This document shows positions 9,232 to 18,691 of a stretch of 64,000 bases of DNA, piece after piece. Within the stretch, counting starts at the first letter, position 1. The number at the start of each line of letters is the position of its first letter. The DNA comes from Pseudomonas phage EL. Made by a program: the position numbers and the translations under genes. Location of the stretch: the sequence record AJ697969.1. One strand, written 5' to 3'. A model generated the notes under the pieces. That model saw only the letters and a program-made list of their open reading frames with translations. It ran no database searches and had not been told where the DNA came from.

Positions 9232-9915
9232 TCAGTTCAACACAAACAAAGGACCCGGAACGGAAGGGAGTTCCTCTGCGACGGTGGCTGCTTCGGCTCT
9301 ATCCATAAGGGACCATATCGTTTCCAGTCCTTCCTGGATACGAGAAGTCACTTCATTGGACAAGTCAATGGTTTCTTGAGCGGTCAGAGAAAGCGTTACA
9401 CCTTCCTTGGTACGAATAGAAGCGGAGAAGGGTTTCTCCTCACGCAATGCTTCTTTCGCCTGGATACTCAAGGCCGTCAAATGGATTCGGTGGGTGGATT
9501 CGATCAAGAGGGTGTGGGCCGTCTCCCCGAATCGCACTTCCATGCCTGTGTAGAACGCCGCTGCAATCACATTCTGGATTTCATTCTTACGAATGTCCTT
9601 AGCGGATCGGAGGCGTTCTGCGACTTCCTCAGGGGTAAAATCCCGAGTGGTCCACTGCTGGGTCCAATACCCATCAATCTGTTTAGGGGGAAGTTCAACC
9701 GGTACATCCCCGGCGGGTGGCTGGGTCAATTGAACGACAGCCATCAGGAAGGGTTCTCCTTCCAAGGCACTGGCTTGTAGCTTACTGGGAATGGGCCAGT
9801 CAGGGAACTTCTTCCGAACATCCTCAATGTAAAGAGGATATTCCCCCGTACGCGTGTCAATCAAGGCGGTGCTTTCATACACCACAGTTACCCTATCCAT
9901 ACTCATTCTCCTCAT
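9232..9915 (-). CDS. hypothetical protein in fibre operon (possible fibre assembly or adaptor protein)
   Basis: 227-aa ORF. Likely start at MSMDRV a few codons inside. Assignment is by operon position only. Confidence 0.5.
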   Translation of the reverse strand: MRRMSMDRVTVVYESTALIDTRTGEYPLYIEDVRKKFPDWPIPSKLQASALEGEPFLMAVVQLTQPPAGDVPVELPPKQIDGYWTQQWTTRDFTPEEVAERLRSAKDIRKNEIQNVIAAAFYTGMEVRFGETAHTLLIESTHRIHLTALSIQAKEALREEKPFSASIRTKEGVTLSLTAQETIDLSNEVTSRIQEGLETIWSLMDRAEAATVAEELPSVPGPLFVLN

Positions 9916-11417
9916 TACGTGATTTTAATCCGATACCCTTGGGAACCGCCAAAGAGGTAGAGGGCTTGGTTGTAGTTCACCCCCCACGCACTCGTAGCAA
10001 CACCCGAGCCCAAACTTCCCAATAGCACCCACTTGTTCAACCGAGGTTCAAAATACTGAATTGGTTGATCATTAACACTCCCCGCAATCGCGTAGAGTTC
10101 TCCATTGTTCCCCAGTACAAAGGCTGCACCAACTGGGATACCAGGAAGAGTCACCGTTGTCCAGGTGTTCGTAGCCGGGTTATACTGGTACATCCCAGGG
10201 TTGTTCGCCCCCGCCACTACCCCACCAATAACACTCACCTTCCCTTGGTAAACCATTACCGTAAAGTCAGAACAATCTCCACTCTCAGCGAAGGCCTTAA
10301 GGACAGTGTGGGTATTGGCAACAGGATCGTACGCGATCAAGAAGCCTTTATTCGTGGTGGGTGTTCCTGACTGTACCCCGCAGATGTACACCTTCCCATT
10401 GAGATAAACCGCTCCACCTGTCAGCGGAGTCAGGGGCATATTAGGTAAACGGGTAACGATGTTCGTAGTGGGATTATACCCGTACGCATCATTCGCAGCG
10501 CCTCCTAGGAAGTAAAGAACATCCTTACCATCAGAAACCAGGATGGAGTTCTTCCGGGGGGGATTGGTAGGCCCTGTTGGACTCAGGGTTTCAAGTACCC
10601 GGGTTTCAAAGTTAACCCGACGGAACTCTTTGGTAGCGGTCTCTACCCCACCGTAGTAGTAAATATGGTTTCCATGGACACATCCCCGTCCGGTATTGAA
10701 TAACAATGAACCCGGCCAGTTATCCATCGCCTCACTCTGACCTTCAATAAACGGGTACGTCCCCTTGGCATACAGAATAGGGCGCCATCCCTGGGTAGGG
10801 ACTTCAGAATCACTGGCAGAGTACGTGACATTCCTAATGGTGTACCACCCCCGATACGCTTGAGTGGTACCGGGTTCATTACCCGTAATGTCTTTACCCC
10901 AGTTGGTATTCCCGTCAGTATTCCCACCACTGGCCGCTTGATTCATCCCCAGTTCTGCATCCGTGAACCGAGTGGGCCAGTTGAATCCATTGGGATCCGA
11001 TACATGGACGTTATACAACAACCGGTCCCATTCAGACGTTGCTGTATTGCCATCACTCCCCATGGTCAAGAGACCTACGGTGTAAATAACCCCCCGGTAC
11101 CGTAGCTCATAGCTCCCTGTCCGTAGACCGGCTTGGGTCAACAGAATACGCCGAACATTATTCCGGATCGGCATTTGAGGAATGTAACAGGTTTCATTGT
11201 GGTTCGAAAACTTCAACCACGGTTTGCCTTCATTGATCACTTTACCAAAGGCAATCCCAGTGAGTTTCGCTAAATCCTCGTAACCAAACAATTCCGTTGC
11301 AGGAGTAATCCCGTACCATCCTTGGGCAGGACTACCTGCTTTCAGTTTAGAAGGCCCCGGATAAGGATCGTCCGGAAAGGCATTCGCGGTCGATGTAAAG
11401 AGTAACGCTTCTATCAT
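9915..11417 (-). CDS. fibre-associated protein with C-terminal Kelch-type beta-propeller
   Basis: 500 aa. C-terminal blades IYYYGG, LYFLGG, VYICG, YAIAGS, LYLFGG, YDPVANTHT. N-terminal ~250 aa unknown. Confidence 0.65.
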   Translation of the reverse strand: MIEALLFTSTANAFPDDPYPGPSKLKAGSPAQGWYGITPATELFGYEDLAKLTGIAFGKVINEGKPWLKFSNHNETCYIPQMPIRNNVRRILLTQAGLRTGSYELRYRGVIYTVGLLTMGSDGNTATSEWDRLLYNVHVSDPNGFNWPTRFTDAELGMNQAASGGNTDGNTNWGKDITGNEPGTTQAYRGWYTIRNVTYSASDSEVPTQGWRPILYAKGTYPFIEGQSEAMDNWPGSLLFNTGRGCVHGNHIYYYGGVETATKEFRRVNFETRVLETLSPTGPTNPPRKNSILVSDGKDVLYFLGGAANDAYGYNPTTNIVTRLPNMPLTPLTGGAVYLNGKVYICGVQSGTPTTNKGFLIAYDPVANTHTVLKAFAESGDCSDFTVMVYQGKVSVIGGVVAGANNPGMYQYNPATNTWTTVTLPGIPVGAAFVLGNNGELYAIAGSVNDQPIQYFEPRLNKWVLLGSLGSGVATSAWGVNYNQALYLFGGSQGYRIKIT

Positions 11418-11481
11418 GATGACTTATACCCCAAAAAGAATACCAGGGAGACCCCGTAGAGCCCCCCTGGTAGTCATACTG

Positions 11482-14400
11482 TTAAGGAACAACAGCCCCC
11501 AACGCACCAATCCATTTGGTTCCATTCCAGGTAAAGACGTAGACCAGTTCAGATCCACTGACGGATGGGGGAGTTCCGTTATGCCACACCAAGGGTGTTG
11601 CATCCTTACCAGCGAAGGTCACAACACCCGCTCCGCCGGTGACATTAACCGTCAGGACCATCCCACGTACCGGGGCTTTAGGTCCATCAGCAATCACCAT
11701 TTGCTTACCCCCCGCCGCGGTGTTATTGATCTGGATGTACTGATCCACCAACGGATTGATTTCCCCACTGGTCGTAAAGACCTTAATCGGCAAATCATAG
11801 CGGTCAAAGGTGAGATCCAACTCCTTCCATTCAGGAATATCCGTACCGGCACGGAAGACCCGAACGTACTGTTTACCATCCTTGGCTTGGAGGTCTTCAA
11901 TACCCTTCGGAAACTCAATAGCTTTCCATTCGGTACCGTCACCTTCTGCATTGACAGCCTGGGCGTAATACGACCCTGGAACCGCATTCGGTACGGGACC
12001 AATAGGGAGGGGGACCCAACGGTTACCCAACCGGACAACCCGGCCTTCAGACTCCATGGGGGAATTGACATCACCCGCCACCAAACGCCCCCACAGGACC
12101 CAACCCCGATCAACGGTCTTGTAGAACACATTGAAGGTCTCAGAGACTGCCCAGTCACCGACTCGACCACTGAAGGCATCCGAAGGTGCGTCTACACCCG
12201 GCGGCAACGTAAGCCACCGGCTGCCTTGCTCACCCTGAATACCGGGTTTCCCTTGAGGTCCGGGAGGACCGTCACCCCCGGTCTTACCGGTTTGACCGCG
12301 CCATTCACCGGTTTCACGCCAGGCGTTAGTCGACGTACTCCAGATGGCTAGGGTGTTGGACTCCGCCAGGTAATACGCATCCCCCGCAACCCCCGCAGGA
12401 ATAGCCGCTTGTAAAGCTGCCAGGTTCGCATAATCCCCTTTAATGGGTACCGTAGGACCTTCGGGGCCTTGTTCACCCCGTTCCCCGTTCTTACCCGGTT
12501 CACCCCGGAAATCAAACCCAGGACTCCACTCGCGCTCATCATTCACGAAATACGTTAAATGATTCTCCAGAACGAGGATAGCGTCACCTTGCTTATAACC
12601 ACCTGACGCAGGCAGTTCCGCCAAGGTGGGTACCACATCCACCATGTTCAACCCAGCACCGGGAGCGCCATCACTCCCTGGCATGGACACCGGACCCACG
12701 TTATCCCAACGAGTTCCGGTATTCACCCAGAGGTCTTTATTCAGGTCAACGTAGGCTTTACCTTGAGTTTCCTCGTTAATCGGAGGAGGATCGGCATCCG
12801 CAGGTGTCAGGACCTTAATGATGTCCAAGGACTTACCATTCAGGCCATCCTTACCGTCCTCACCATCCTTCCCTTTAAAGACACCCAGATTCGCCCATGC
12901 ATTCGAAATGAATCCATAGATCGCGTTTTCATCACGAACAGCATAGACCCATTGATCTTCAGGATTCGCAGGAAGATCCGCTACTGTGTCAACCACACCC
13001 CGAAGAACAATGTTGGTACCGTCACGACCATGGAGGCTGGCTAGGAACTCCTCTTCACTGCCGGTGTTCCCTTTGGAAATCCAGAGTTCGTACGTGGACT
13101 GGCCATTGATACCATCTTCCCCTTTAAAGGGACCCAGGTCCAACCAGGTCGAACTCGCTGCACTCCATACGTACAACCGAAGGGTGTCTCGTGTCACATA
13201 CCCATCTTGGTTAGCCGGAGGGTTGGGTAAGTTGTCCAGATCAACACGAGTCCCTACAGTCCCCAAGACATTCAGGTTCTCACCGGGTTCGCCTTTCATG
13301 GCCGCCCAGTAATCATCTTCCGTCTTACCTTGGTTCTCGGGTTTATTCAACCAGACCTGAACACTGTTCAGACCACCCGGTCCTGCATCACCCTTTTCCC
13401 CTTTAAACCCCCCCAGCTTCCGCCACGCGCTGTTCAGGTAGATGTACAGGGTATTCTCATCCTGAACCGAATAAACATCCTGTTCTACACCGGGGTTGGG
13501 GAGGTCATCTATGGTCGCTACGGTGTCTTTAACGATCAAATTACGACCGTCAACACCGTTTCTACCATCTTCTCCCTTGAATTGACCCAGAATTACCCAG
13601 TTATTCTCAATCCACATACGGACTGTATTGTCCGCACGAACCGACCAGGCATCCTGTTCAACCGCGTTACTCGGGAGTTCACTGGCCAGGTCTACCGCCC
13701 CTTTCACCACGATACTCTTACCGTCGGTACCGTCCTTACCGTCCTTGCCCTTATACTGACCGACATCAACCCAATCCGTACGGTCTGCAATGTAGATCCA
13801 CAGGTGGCCCGTATCCAACGTCACCCAGCCATGTTGATCAACCGGGTCTTTAGCATTCAGCGCATTACGGTCAGCCACCGTTCCCTGTACCTGAAGGTTA
13901 GCCCCGCGTTCACCCCGAATGGCTTCCTGCCACTCTGTAATGGTTTTGTTCTCGTTACCGGGAATCTTCTTCCAGGTTTCGAACGCATCATCTCCCTGAG
14001 CACCTTTATCTCCTCGTTGGGAAGCCAGGAATTCCTGAAGGGTCTTTTCTTCATTCCCAGGAATCTCTTTCCACAGCTCGAAGGTACTCTTGCCGTCAGG
14101 ACCTCGAATGTTCAAACTTTCCCAGACAAACTCACCCGCTGTTTTACCCGGAACCAGAACATGGATATCATTCCGCCACAGGTAGGCATCTCCGGGTTTA
14201 TTCCCTTCAGGCAGTGGGAGATCGAGGTTGTCAGGCCAAACGCCCAACAGGTTAATCCCCCGTTCCCCTTGCAAGGAACCCGAAGACGCCCATTCGTTAC
14301 CGTTCCATACCCGTAGGGCAAAGTTAACGAAGTACGCGGTACCGATCGGAAGCTCTTGGGTATCAATAGCTTCCAGTTCAGCTTCCGAATTGAGTTTACC

Positions 14401-14622
14401 TTTAAGAACAACCCCTTGAGTTGAGAGGGATTCTAGACTCTCCTTCAACCACCGGGTACGCGCATCCAACACCCGAGCTTGGAAGTTAGCCGCACCCTCG
14501 CCGTTGTCTCCCCCGCGAACTCGTACGTCAGTCACCAAAGCCGGGAGGTGTTCTTCCCATCGAGACTCCTCGACAATCGCTGGTAGTTCACCCGGTGTTA
14601 CTGTTTCATCGCCAATAGCCAT
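11482..14622 (-). CDS. tail fibre protein with collagen-like Gly-X-Y repeats
   Basis: 1046 aa. At least 8 repeats of ~55 aa: a Gly-X-Y run (e.g. KGKDGKDGTDGKS, KGEDGRNGVDGRN, GQTGKTGGDGPPGPQGKPGIQGEQG) followed by a ..V.T..DLP....EQD.Y.V.DENT.Y.Y...AW..LG.FKGE block. N-terminus has the QARVLDARTRWLKE motif shared with the next fibre. Confidence 0.75.
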   Translation of the reverse strand: MAIGDETVTPGELPAIVEESRWEEHLPALVTDVRVRGGDNGEGAANFQARVLDARTRWLKESLESLSTQGVVLKGKLNSEAELEAIDTQELPIGTAYFVNFALRVWNGNEWASSGSLQGERGINLLGVWPDNLDLPLPEGNKPGDAYLWRNDIHVLVPGKTAGEFVWESLNIRGPDGKSTFELWKEIPGNEEKTLQEFLASQRGDKGAQGDDAFETWKKIPGNENKTITEWQEAIRGERGANLQVQGTVADRNALNAKDPVDQHGWVTLDTGHLWIYIADRTDWVDVGQYKGKDGKDGTDGKSIVVKGAVDLASELPSNAVEQDAWSVRADNTVRMWIENNWVILGQFKGEDGRNGVDGRNLIVKDTVATIDDLPNPGVEQDVYSVQDENTLYIYLNSAWRKLGGFKGEKGDAGPGGLNSVQVWLNKPENQGKTEDDYWAAMKGEPGENLNVLGTVGTRVDLDNLPNPPANQDGYVTRDTLRLYVWSAASSTWLDLGPFKGEDGINGQSTYELWISKGNTGSEEEFLASLHGRDGTNIVLRGVVDTVADLPANPEDQWVYAVRDENAIYGFISNAWANLGVFKGKDGEDGKDGLNGKSLDIIKVLTPADADPPPINEETQGKAYVDLNKDLWVNTGTRWDNVGPVSMPGSDGAPGAGLNMVDVVPTLAELPASGGYKQGDAILVLENHLTYFVNDEREWSPGFDFRGEPGKNGERGEQGPEGPTVPIKGDYANLAALQAAIPAGVAGDAYYLAESNTLAIWSTSTNAWRETGEWRGQTGKTGGDGPPGPQGKPGIQGEQGSRWLTLPPGVDAPSDAFSGRVGDWAVSETFNVFYKTVDRGWVLWGRLVAGDVNSPMESEGRVVRLGNRWVPLPIGPVPNAVPGSYYAQAVNAEGDGTEWKAIEFPKGIEDLQAKDGKQYVRVFRAGTDIPEWKELDLTFDRYDLPIKVFTTSGEINPLVDQYIQINNTAAGGKQMVIADGPKAPVRGMVLTVNVTGGAGVVTFAGKDATPLVWHNGTPPSVSGSELVYVFTWNGTKWIGALGAVVP

Positions 14623-14639
14623 TTAAGAAATTCCTCTGA

Positions 14640-16082
14640 TTAAGGGGTAAAAACAAGATGGGTGTTCAATTGACCCACCCGCACGGTGGTCGTTTGAGCG
14701 ACCCCTTTCTTCAACACAATCACGACCCGGAGTTTCAAGGTCTTAGGTGCGCTGGCCAATTCAAGGATTTGGGTATCGAAGATTCCCGAGAGATCCCCTT
14801 GACGCAGAGGGTAATTCAGTTCAGTGTTCTGACCCGAGCGCACAGTTTGGACTTGATCGTTCTGGTAGGTTACTTCCAGTTCCAACCCTACTTGCAAGAC
14901 TGCTTCCGCATCGGTTTGAATCGCCCAACGACCCTGAGCTACCAATTTCATCCCTACGGTCAGGTTTGTAATAGGGAGATCCTGTTCCATTCCCAGGGTC
15001 GGTTGATCACCGGTAGGCGTGCCCGTAAAGGACATTACCTGGTATTCACCCCCCGAAGGGTTGGTTTCCTTGGTAATAGCGACGGTCAAACCGATCAGTC
15101 GATTACCCCCAATACCGGTATTCGAGGCGATCTCAACCGTGGTAATGGTAGCACCTCCCGAATCCCCAGCACTACCATCATTACCGATCAACAAAGGGTT
15201 GGGGTTAATGCTCCCGAAGAAGTGGGCGGTCTCCGGCGGTGTCGTGCTGAACGGGATGTAACTGGTTGGCAAGGTAATGGTATTCTTGAACAGCTTGCTC
15301 ACCGCAGTGGCGACATGGTTACCGATGATCTCGGCTCCTTTGGGGCTTGGGTGTACACCGTCCCCCAGCATGCCCGCCAGCGGCTTATTGACATTACCCG
15401 GCTCTACCATGTCATCCCAGGGGTTAACCACGATAACACCCCGTTTAGGCAGCTCAGAGAGCATCCACAGGTGCACTTGGTAATGAATAGCCAATTGTTC
15501 ATCACTGAGCCCAATAGCGGCTTGTTCTACCGGGGTTTCAGCGATCACAATGACGGTTTTGCCATTGGCCAGCAATGTGGCGTAAATCTCGGAGAGGTTA
15601 TTGATCGTTTCATTGAACGTCTGGTTACGCAGACGGTCATTCCCCGAACCCAAATGGATAATGACATCGAACTTATCCAAGGAAGCCAGGAGTTGGGGAA
15701 GACGTTGGGCTTGTTGGGAGGTAGTATTCCCATCGACACCGGCGTTCATGGCATCCGGGAAGGCTACGGCTCCCTCGGTCTTCGCACTGGTCCAGAAGGC
15801 CAGACCAACGTTACCTTTCACGCACTGGTAAGCCCGGCTATCACCGTATACCACGATATTGCGGTTAAACGGCAACCGGTCATTACTTACCGCATTGACT
15901 TTGGTGGTCAGGGTATTCACTTCTTCTTTCAAATAACGGGTACGAGCGTCCAGCACACGTGCTTGCTTGTTCGCATTGCCGGTGCCTTCTTCGGTGGCTT
16001 CAACCTTGTCATCCGGCATCAGAGCCAGCAAAGGTTCAACCCATCCCGGTTGTTCATTAATCACTACGGGATTGTCAGCCAT
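14640..16082 (-). CDS. tail fibre/spike protein with SGNH (GDSL) hydrolase domain
   Basis: 480 aa. N-terminal KQARVLDARTRYLKE anchor motif. SGNH blocks present: I (IVVYGDSRAY), III (HLGSGNDR) and V (DGVHPSPKG, DxxH). Confidence 0.7.
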   Translation of the reverse strand: MADNPVVINEQPGWVEPLLALMPDDKVEATEEGTGNANKQARVLDARTRYLKEEVNTLTTKVNAVSNDRLPFNRNIVVYGDSRAYQCVKGNVGLAFWTSAKTEGAVAFPDAMNAGVDGNTTSQQAQRLPQLLASLDKFDVIIHLGSGNDRLRNQTFNETINNLSEIYATLLANGKTVIVIAETPVEQAAIGLSDEQLAIHYQVHLWMLSELPKRGVIVVNPWDDMVEPGNVNKPLAGMLGDGVHPSPKGAEIIGNHVATAVSKLFKNTITLPTSYIPFSTTPPETAHFFGSINPNPLLIGNDGSAGDSGGATITTVEIASNTGIGGNRLIGLTVAITKETNPSGGEYQVMSFTGTPTGDQPTLGMEQDLPITNLTVGMKLVAQGRWAIQTDAEAVLQVGLELEVTYQNDQVQTVRSGQNTELNYPLRQGDLSGIFDTQILELASAPKTLKLRVVIVLKKGVAQTTTVRVGQLNTHLVFTP

Positions 16083-16097
16083 GAGAATAAGTCCTGT

Positions 16098-16691
16098 TTA
16101 ATACGTGAGGGTGCCGTCGTAACGGAATTGTCCGTTAAAACGAGGAATGGCGTCGTAATGGCTTTCTACGACAGCGAGAGTACCGGTAACGGTGTTGGAA
16201 TCAATGATAGCCTGAGTGAACTCCCCGTCGAGGGTAATTTCATCATCCGTCAAGTCGTAGTAGCATTTGGCTTTGATCAGGGCTTTAATGTGTTCAGGGT
16301 TACGACTCCCTTTGAACACCAATACCGCACCTTCAATGATATCTTCGTCTCGTTTGACTTGGTAAATACCTTCCACCCCCTGGGTTTGTAAAACGTCCCA
16401 ATCAACCGGATCAGGGGTTTCCAGCATGGAGACCTTATTCTTCACATAATCCGCTGGGAGGTACCGTTGGTTCTTACCGGTCAGTTTACCTTCGGAATCG
16501 ATGTTGACCACCCGAGCAAATTCACCACCTTCTACCTCAACTTTCCTGAGGTCAGAGAGGGTAGTATTGTCCAGGGTGAGTTGTTCTAATACACTAACAA
16601 TGTTCGGTTCATCGGAATAACGTTCTTTATTAAAAGCGATGAACCGTTCCAGAAACAGTAGATCGTTTGGAAAGGCCATGGGCGTGTCCAC
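16098..16691 (-). CDS. hypothetical protein, first gene of fibre operon; paralogue of 3782-4411 product
   Basis: 197 aa. Conserved N-terminal ~45 aa shared with ORF 3782. Codon usage is AT3-rich like the bulk genome, unlike its paralogue. Confidence 0.65.
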   Translation of the reverse strand: MDTPMAFPNDLLFLERFIAFNKERYSDEPNIVSVLEQLTLDNTTLSDLRKVEVEGGEFARVVNIDSEGKLTGKNQRYLPADYVKNKVSMLETPDPVDWDVLQTQGVEGIYQVKRDEDIIEGAVLVFKGSRNPEHIKALIKAKCYYDLTDDEITLDGEFTQAIIDSNTVTGTLAVVESHYDAIPRFNGQFRYDGTLTY

Positions 16692-16859
16692 AGAAGTAGA
16701 TAGAGGGTTCGGTCATTAGACCATAAAATTGGTAAATAAAATAGTACCCAAACCCATATTCTTCACTTACCTGGTTATTTAACTTGAGGTTCTTTTCAAA
16801 CCTACATAATCAGGGTGAAGCACAGACAGAGACCGTTTAACGGTCAAGGAGCCTTGTCA

Positions 16860-17036
16860 ATGAATACCCATCAGGCCAAACAGGGGTTAGCCCAGCGTGT
16901 TGAAACCCTGCGTCAAAAAGCTCGTCGTTATGCCCGTCAGGCGATGTGTTCCCTAGAACCGTCTTACCGGCAACATTACCGTCAACTGAGCTACGAAGCC
17001 AGCCGTATGGCAGATCGCCTTCAACGTCAACTGTGA
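16860..17036 (+). CDS. hypothetical small Arg/Gln-rich helical protein
   Basis: 58 aa from ATG 16860 with AAGGAG SD. Extends to 16815 in frame without SD. Confidence 0.35.
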   Translation: MNTHQAKQGLAQRVETLRQKARRYARQAMCSLEPSYRQHYRQLSYEASRMADRLQRQL

Positions 17037-17074
17037 TTGGTGTTTACCCCCCTTCCCCCACACACAGGTGTGAG

Positions 17075-17305
17075 ATGAGCAACGTTATCGATATGTTCAG
17101 CTGGCGGGACTCGAAGAATAAGCGTTCGAGTCAGTTCTCAGTGCTTCATCGTGAAATCGAAGCACTGTACGTCATTCAGAACCGCGCGCTTCAGGAGATC
17201 GCTTCAGCGGATACGGTCTTGGCGTATGAACAAGCTAAACTCTTCCTGATGGATGTCAGGATTGAAATCTACACCAAGACCATTGCGTTGAGTCAGTGTA
17301 TCTAA
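17075..17305 (+). CDS. hypothetical small protein
   Basis: 76 aa from ATG 17075 with GGTGTGAG SD. Confidence 0.35.
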   Translation: MSNVIDMFSWRDSKNKRSSQFSVLHREIEALYVIQNRALQEIASADTVLAYEQAKLFLMDVRIEIYTKTIALSQCI

Positions 17306-17328
17306 GGACATTTAACGTCCAGTGGTAA

Positions 17329-17350
17329 TCAAGTCTATATTACTTGGGTG
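17329..17350 (+). promoter_or_regulatory. phiKZ-type early promoter-like motif (TCAAGTCTATATTACTTGGGTG)
   Basis: 22 nt identical to 59307-59330. TATATTAC core at 17336-17343, 42 nt upstream of ATG 17392. Extended similarity (GTAATCArGTCTATATTAC) with 18617-18640. Confidence 0.6.
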
Positions 17351-17391
17351 ATTAGGTACACAACATTCATTCCTTTTTAGAGGTTTACACC

Positions 17392-17871
17392 ATGGCTAAA
17401 CAGTCGAACTTCACCATCGCTAACTACAACGCCGTCCTGGAAGCTGTTAAAGCCAACAACGGTTACGTGATCGACACCCACGGTGGTAGCCGTGGACCTT
17501 ATCGTGCTGCTGGTATCGCCGCACTGGTGAAGGACGAAAGGGTTACCCCGGTGCTGCTGTGCCATGGTTCCTACTTCTGCCTGAACTCGCTGCACAAGGA
17601 AGCCGATGGTTCGGTGACCCTCTCCAGCTGGTCGGTCGGTGTTACCATCTTCACCCACCAACACGGTGGGCTGGAAGAAGCGATCCAAGCCTACAACAAG
17701 GAGCAATCCGAGTGGGCGTTGTCGGGTGGTCAACTGATGCATGTACGCATCTTCGACTACACCGACGAAACCGCACCTGTGTTCGGCGAGCCAGTTGATC
17801 TGGCAGGCGAAGTCGTGGGTGCGCTGGCAGCACAAGAGCCGATCGCCAAGGTCGACATCCCTGCTCAATAA
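17392..17871 (+). CDS. hypothetical protein, GC3-rich (early gene)
   Basis: 159 aa. Strong G/C-ending codon bias. Directly downstream of the promoter motif, with SD AGAGG. Confidence 0.65.
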   Translation: MAKQSNFTIANYNAVLEAVKANNGYVIDTHGGSRGPYRAAGIAALVKDERVTPVLLCHGSYFCLNSLHKEADGSVTLSSWSVGVTIFTHQHGGLEEAIQAYNKEQSEWALSGGQLMHVRIFDYTDETAPVFGEPVDLAGEVVGALAAQEPIAKVDIPAQ

Positions 17872-17916
17872 CGAGCAGTTTTCTGTACGTAATCTGACTT
17901 CATTAGGAGCAATGCC

Positions 17917-18324
17917 ATGAGTAATGTAATGCACGTTAGCACCATCGCCGGTCGTACCGCCCTGACGGTGATCACACCCGACGACCTGCCGGTTACCAAC
18001 TGGATGGAAAATGTGCTTGCTGCACAGATCCAGAAAGTGGTTGACGAAGGTAAGGGTTGGCCCAACGACGCCGAGTTCAAGGTGGAGGTTACCTACCACA
18101 CTTGGCCACAGGGTTGGGACCGGGAAGTGTACACGCACTTCTTTACCAACCGCGCCGAGCTGGACTCCTACATCAAGGACCAGCACGAGTGGGCCCGTTG
18201 TGAGGACAACATGGTGAAGATCAAGATCTACAACTGGGACCTCGGTCCGAACTTCATGGAAACTCGTGAGTTCGGTGGTCCTGAGTTGTGGAACAGCCCT
18301 CTGAGCCGTCCTTACTTGACGTAA
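17917..18324 (+). CDS. hypothetical protein, GC3-rich (early gene)
   Basis: 135 aa. Same codon bias as the upstream gene, SD AGGAG. Followed by a terminator. Confidence 0.65.
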   Translation: MSNVMHVSTIAGRTALTVITPDDLPVTNWMENVLAAQIQKVVDEGKGWPNDAEFKVEVTYHTWPQGWDREVYTHFFTNRAELDSYIKDQHEWARCEDNMVKIKIYNWDLGPNFMETREFGGPELWNSPLSRPYLT

Positions 18325-18332
18325 GGCTAGCG

Positions 18333-18378
18333 CTACCTCCCTGCCAGTGGCAGGGAGGTAGTACTCCTTTTATTTTTT
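18333..18378 (+). terminator. rho-independent terminator
   Basis: ctacctccctgcc agtg gcagggaggtag followed by TTTTATTTTTT. Confidence 0.7.
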
Positions 18379-18616
18379 GCTTCATTTCCATTTTTATAGT
18401 TCACTCAACACAACGAGCAAAGTAATGCCTGACACTAACAACGGTCCTGTGGAAATAAAGATGGAACGTGTGCAGTTCAAAAGAATAAAAGTAAGGGGTC
18501 TTCGTAAATTCTGGTTACTCATCAAACGCTTACTGAGTAAGGACACCGATTATAAGAACACTTGACGAACGCATGGCTAAGTCAATGGAACTAAGGGTAA
18601 TTAACTTCTAGTTGTA

Positions 18617-18640
18617 ATCAGGTCTATATTACCTTTGTGT
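18617..18640 (+). promoter_or_regulatory. phiKZ-type early promoter-like motif (AATCAGGTCTATATTACCTTTGTG)
   Basis: TATATTAC core at 18625-18632, 52 nt upstream of ATG 18692. Confidence 0.55.
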
Positions 18641-18691
18641 ATATTAAGGCGTGGTTGCCTTCCTATTTTTAAGACCGAATAAACACAAAGG

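Noticed and set aside
14658-16391. 577-aa plus-strand ORF antisense to the SGNH fibre gene; also 11416-12351 and 13330-14316 antisense to the collagen-repeat fibre
   Set aside because: Low-complexity, Arg/Gly/Pro-rich translations typical of antisense frames of repetitive genes. The sense genes carry clear SGNH and Gly-X-Y signatures.
17377-18186. 269-aa minus-strand ORF overlapping both GC3-rich early genes
   Set aside because: Same antisense artefact of G/C-ending codons. It spans the intergenic gap and the promoter-proximal region of the plus-strand genes.
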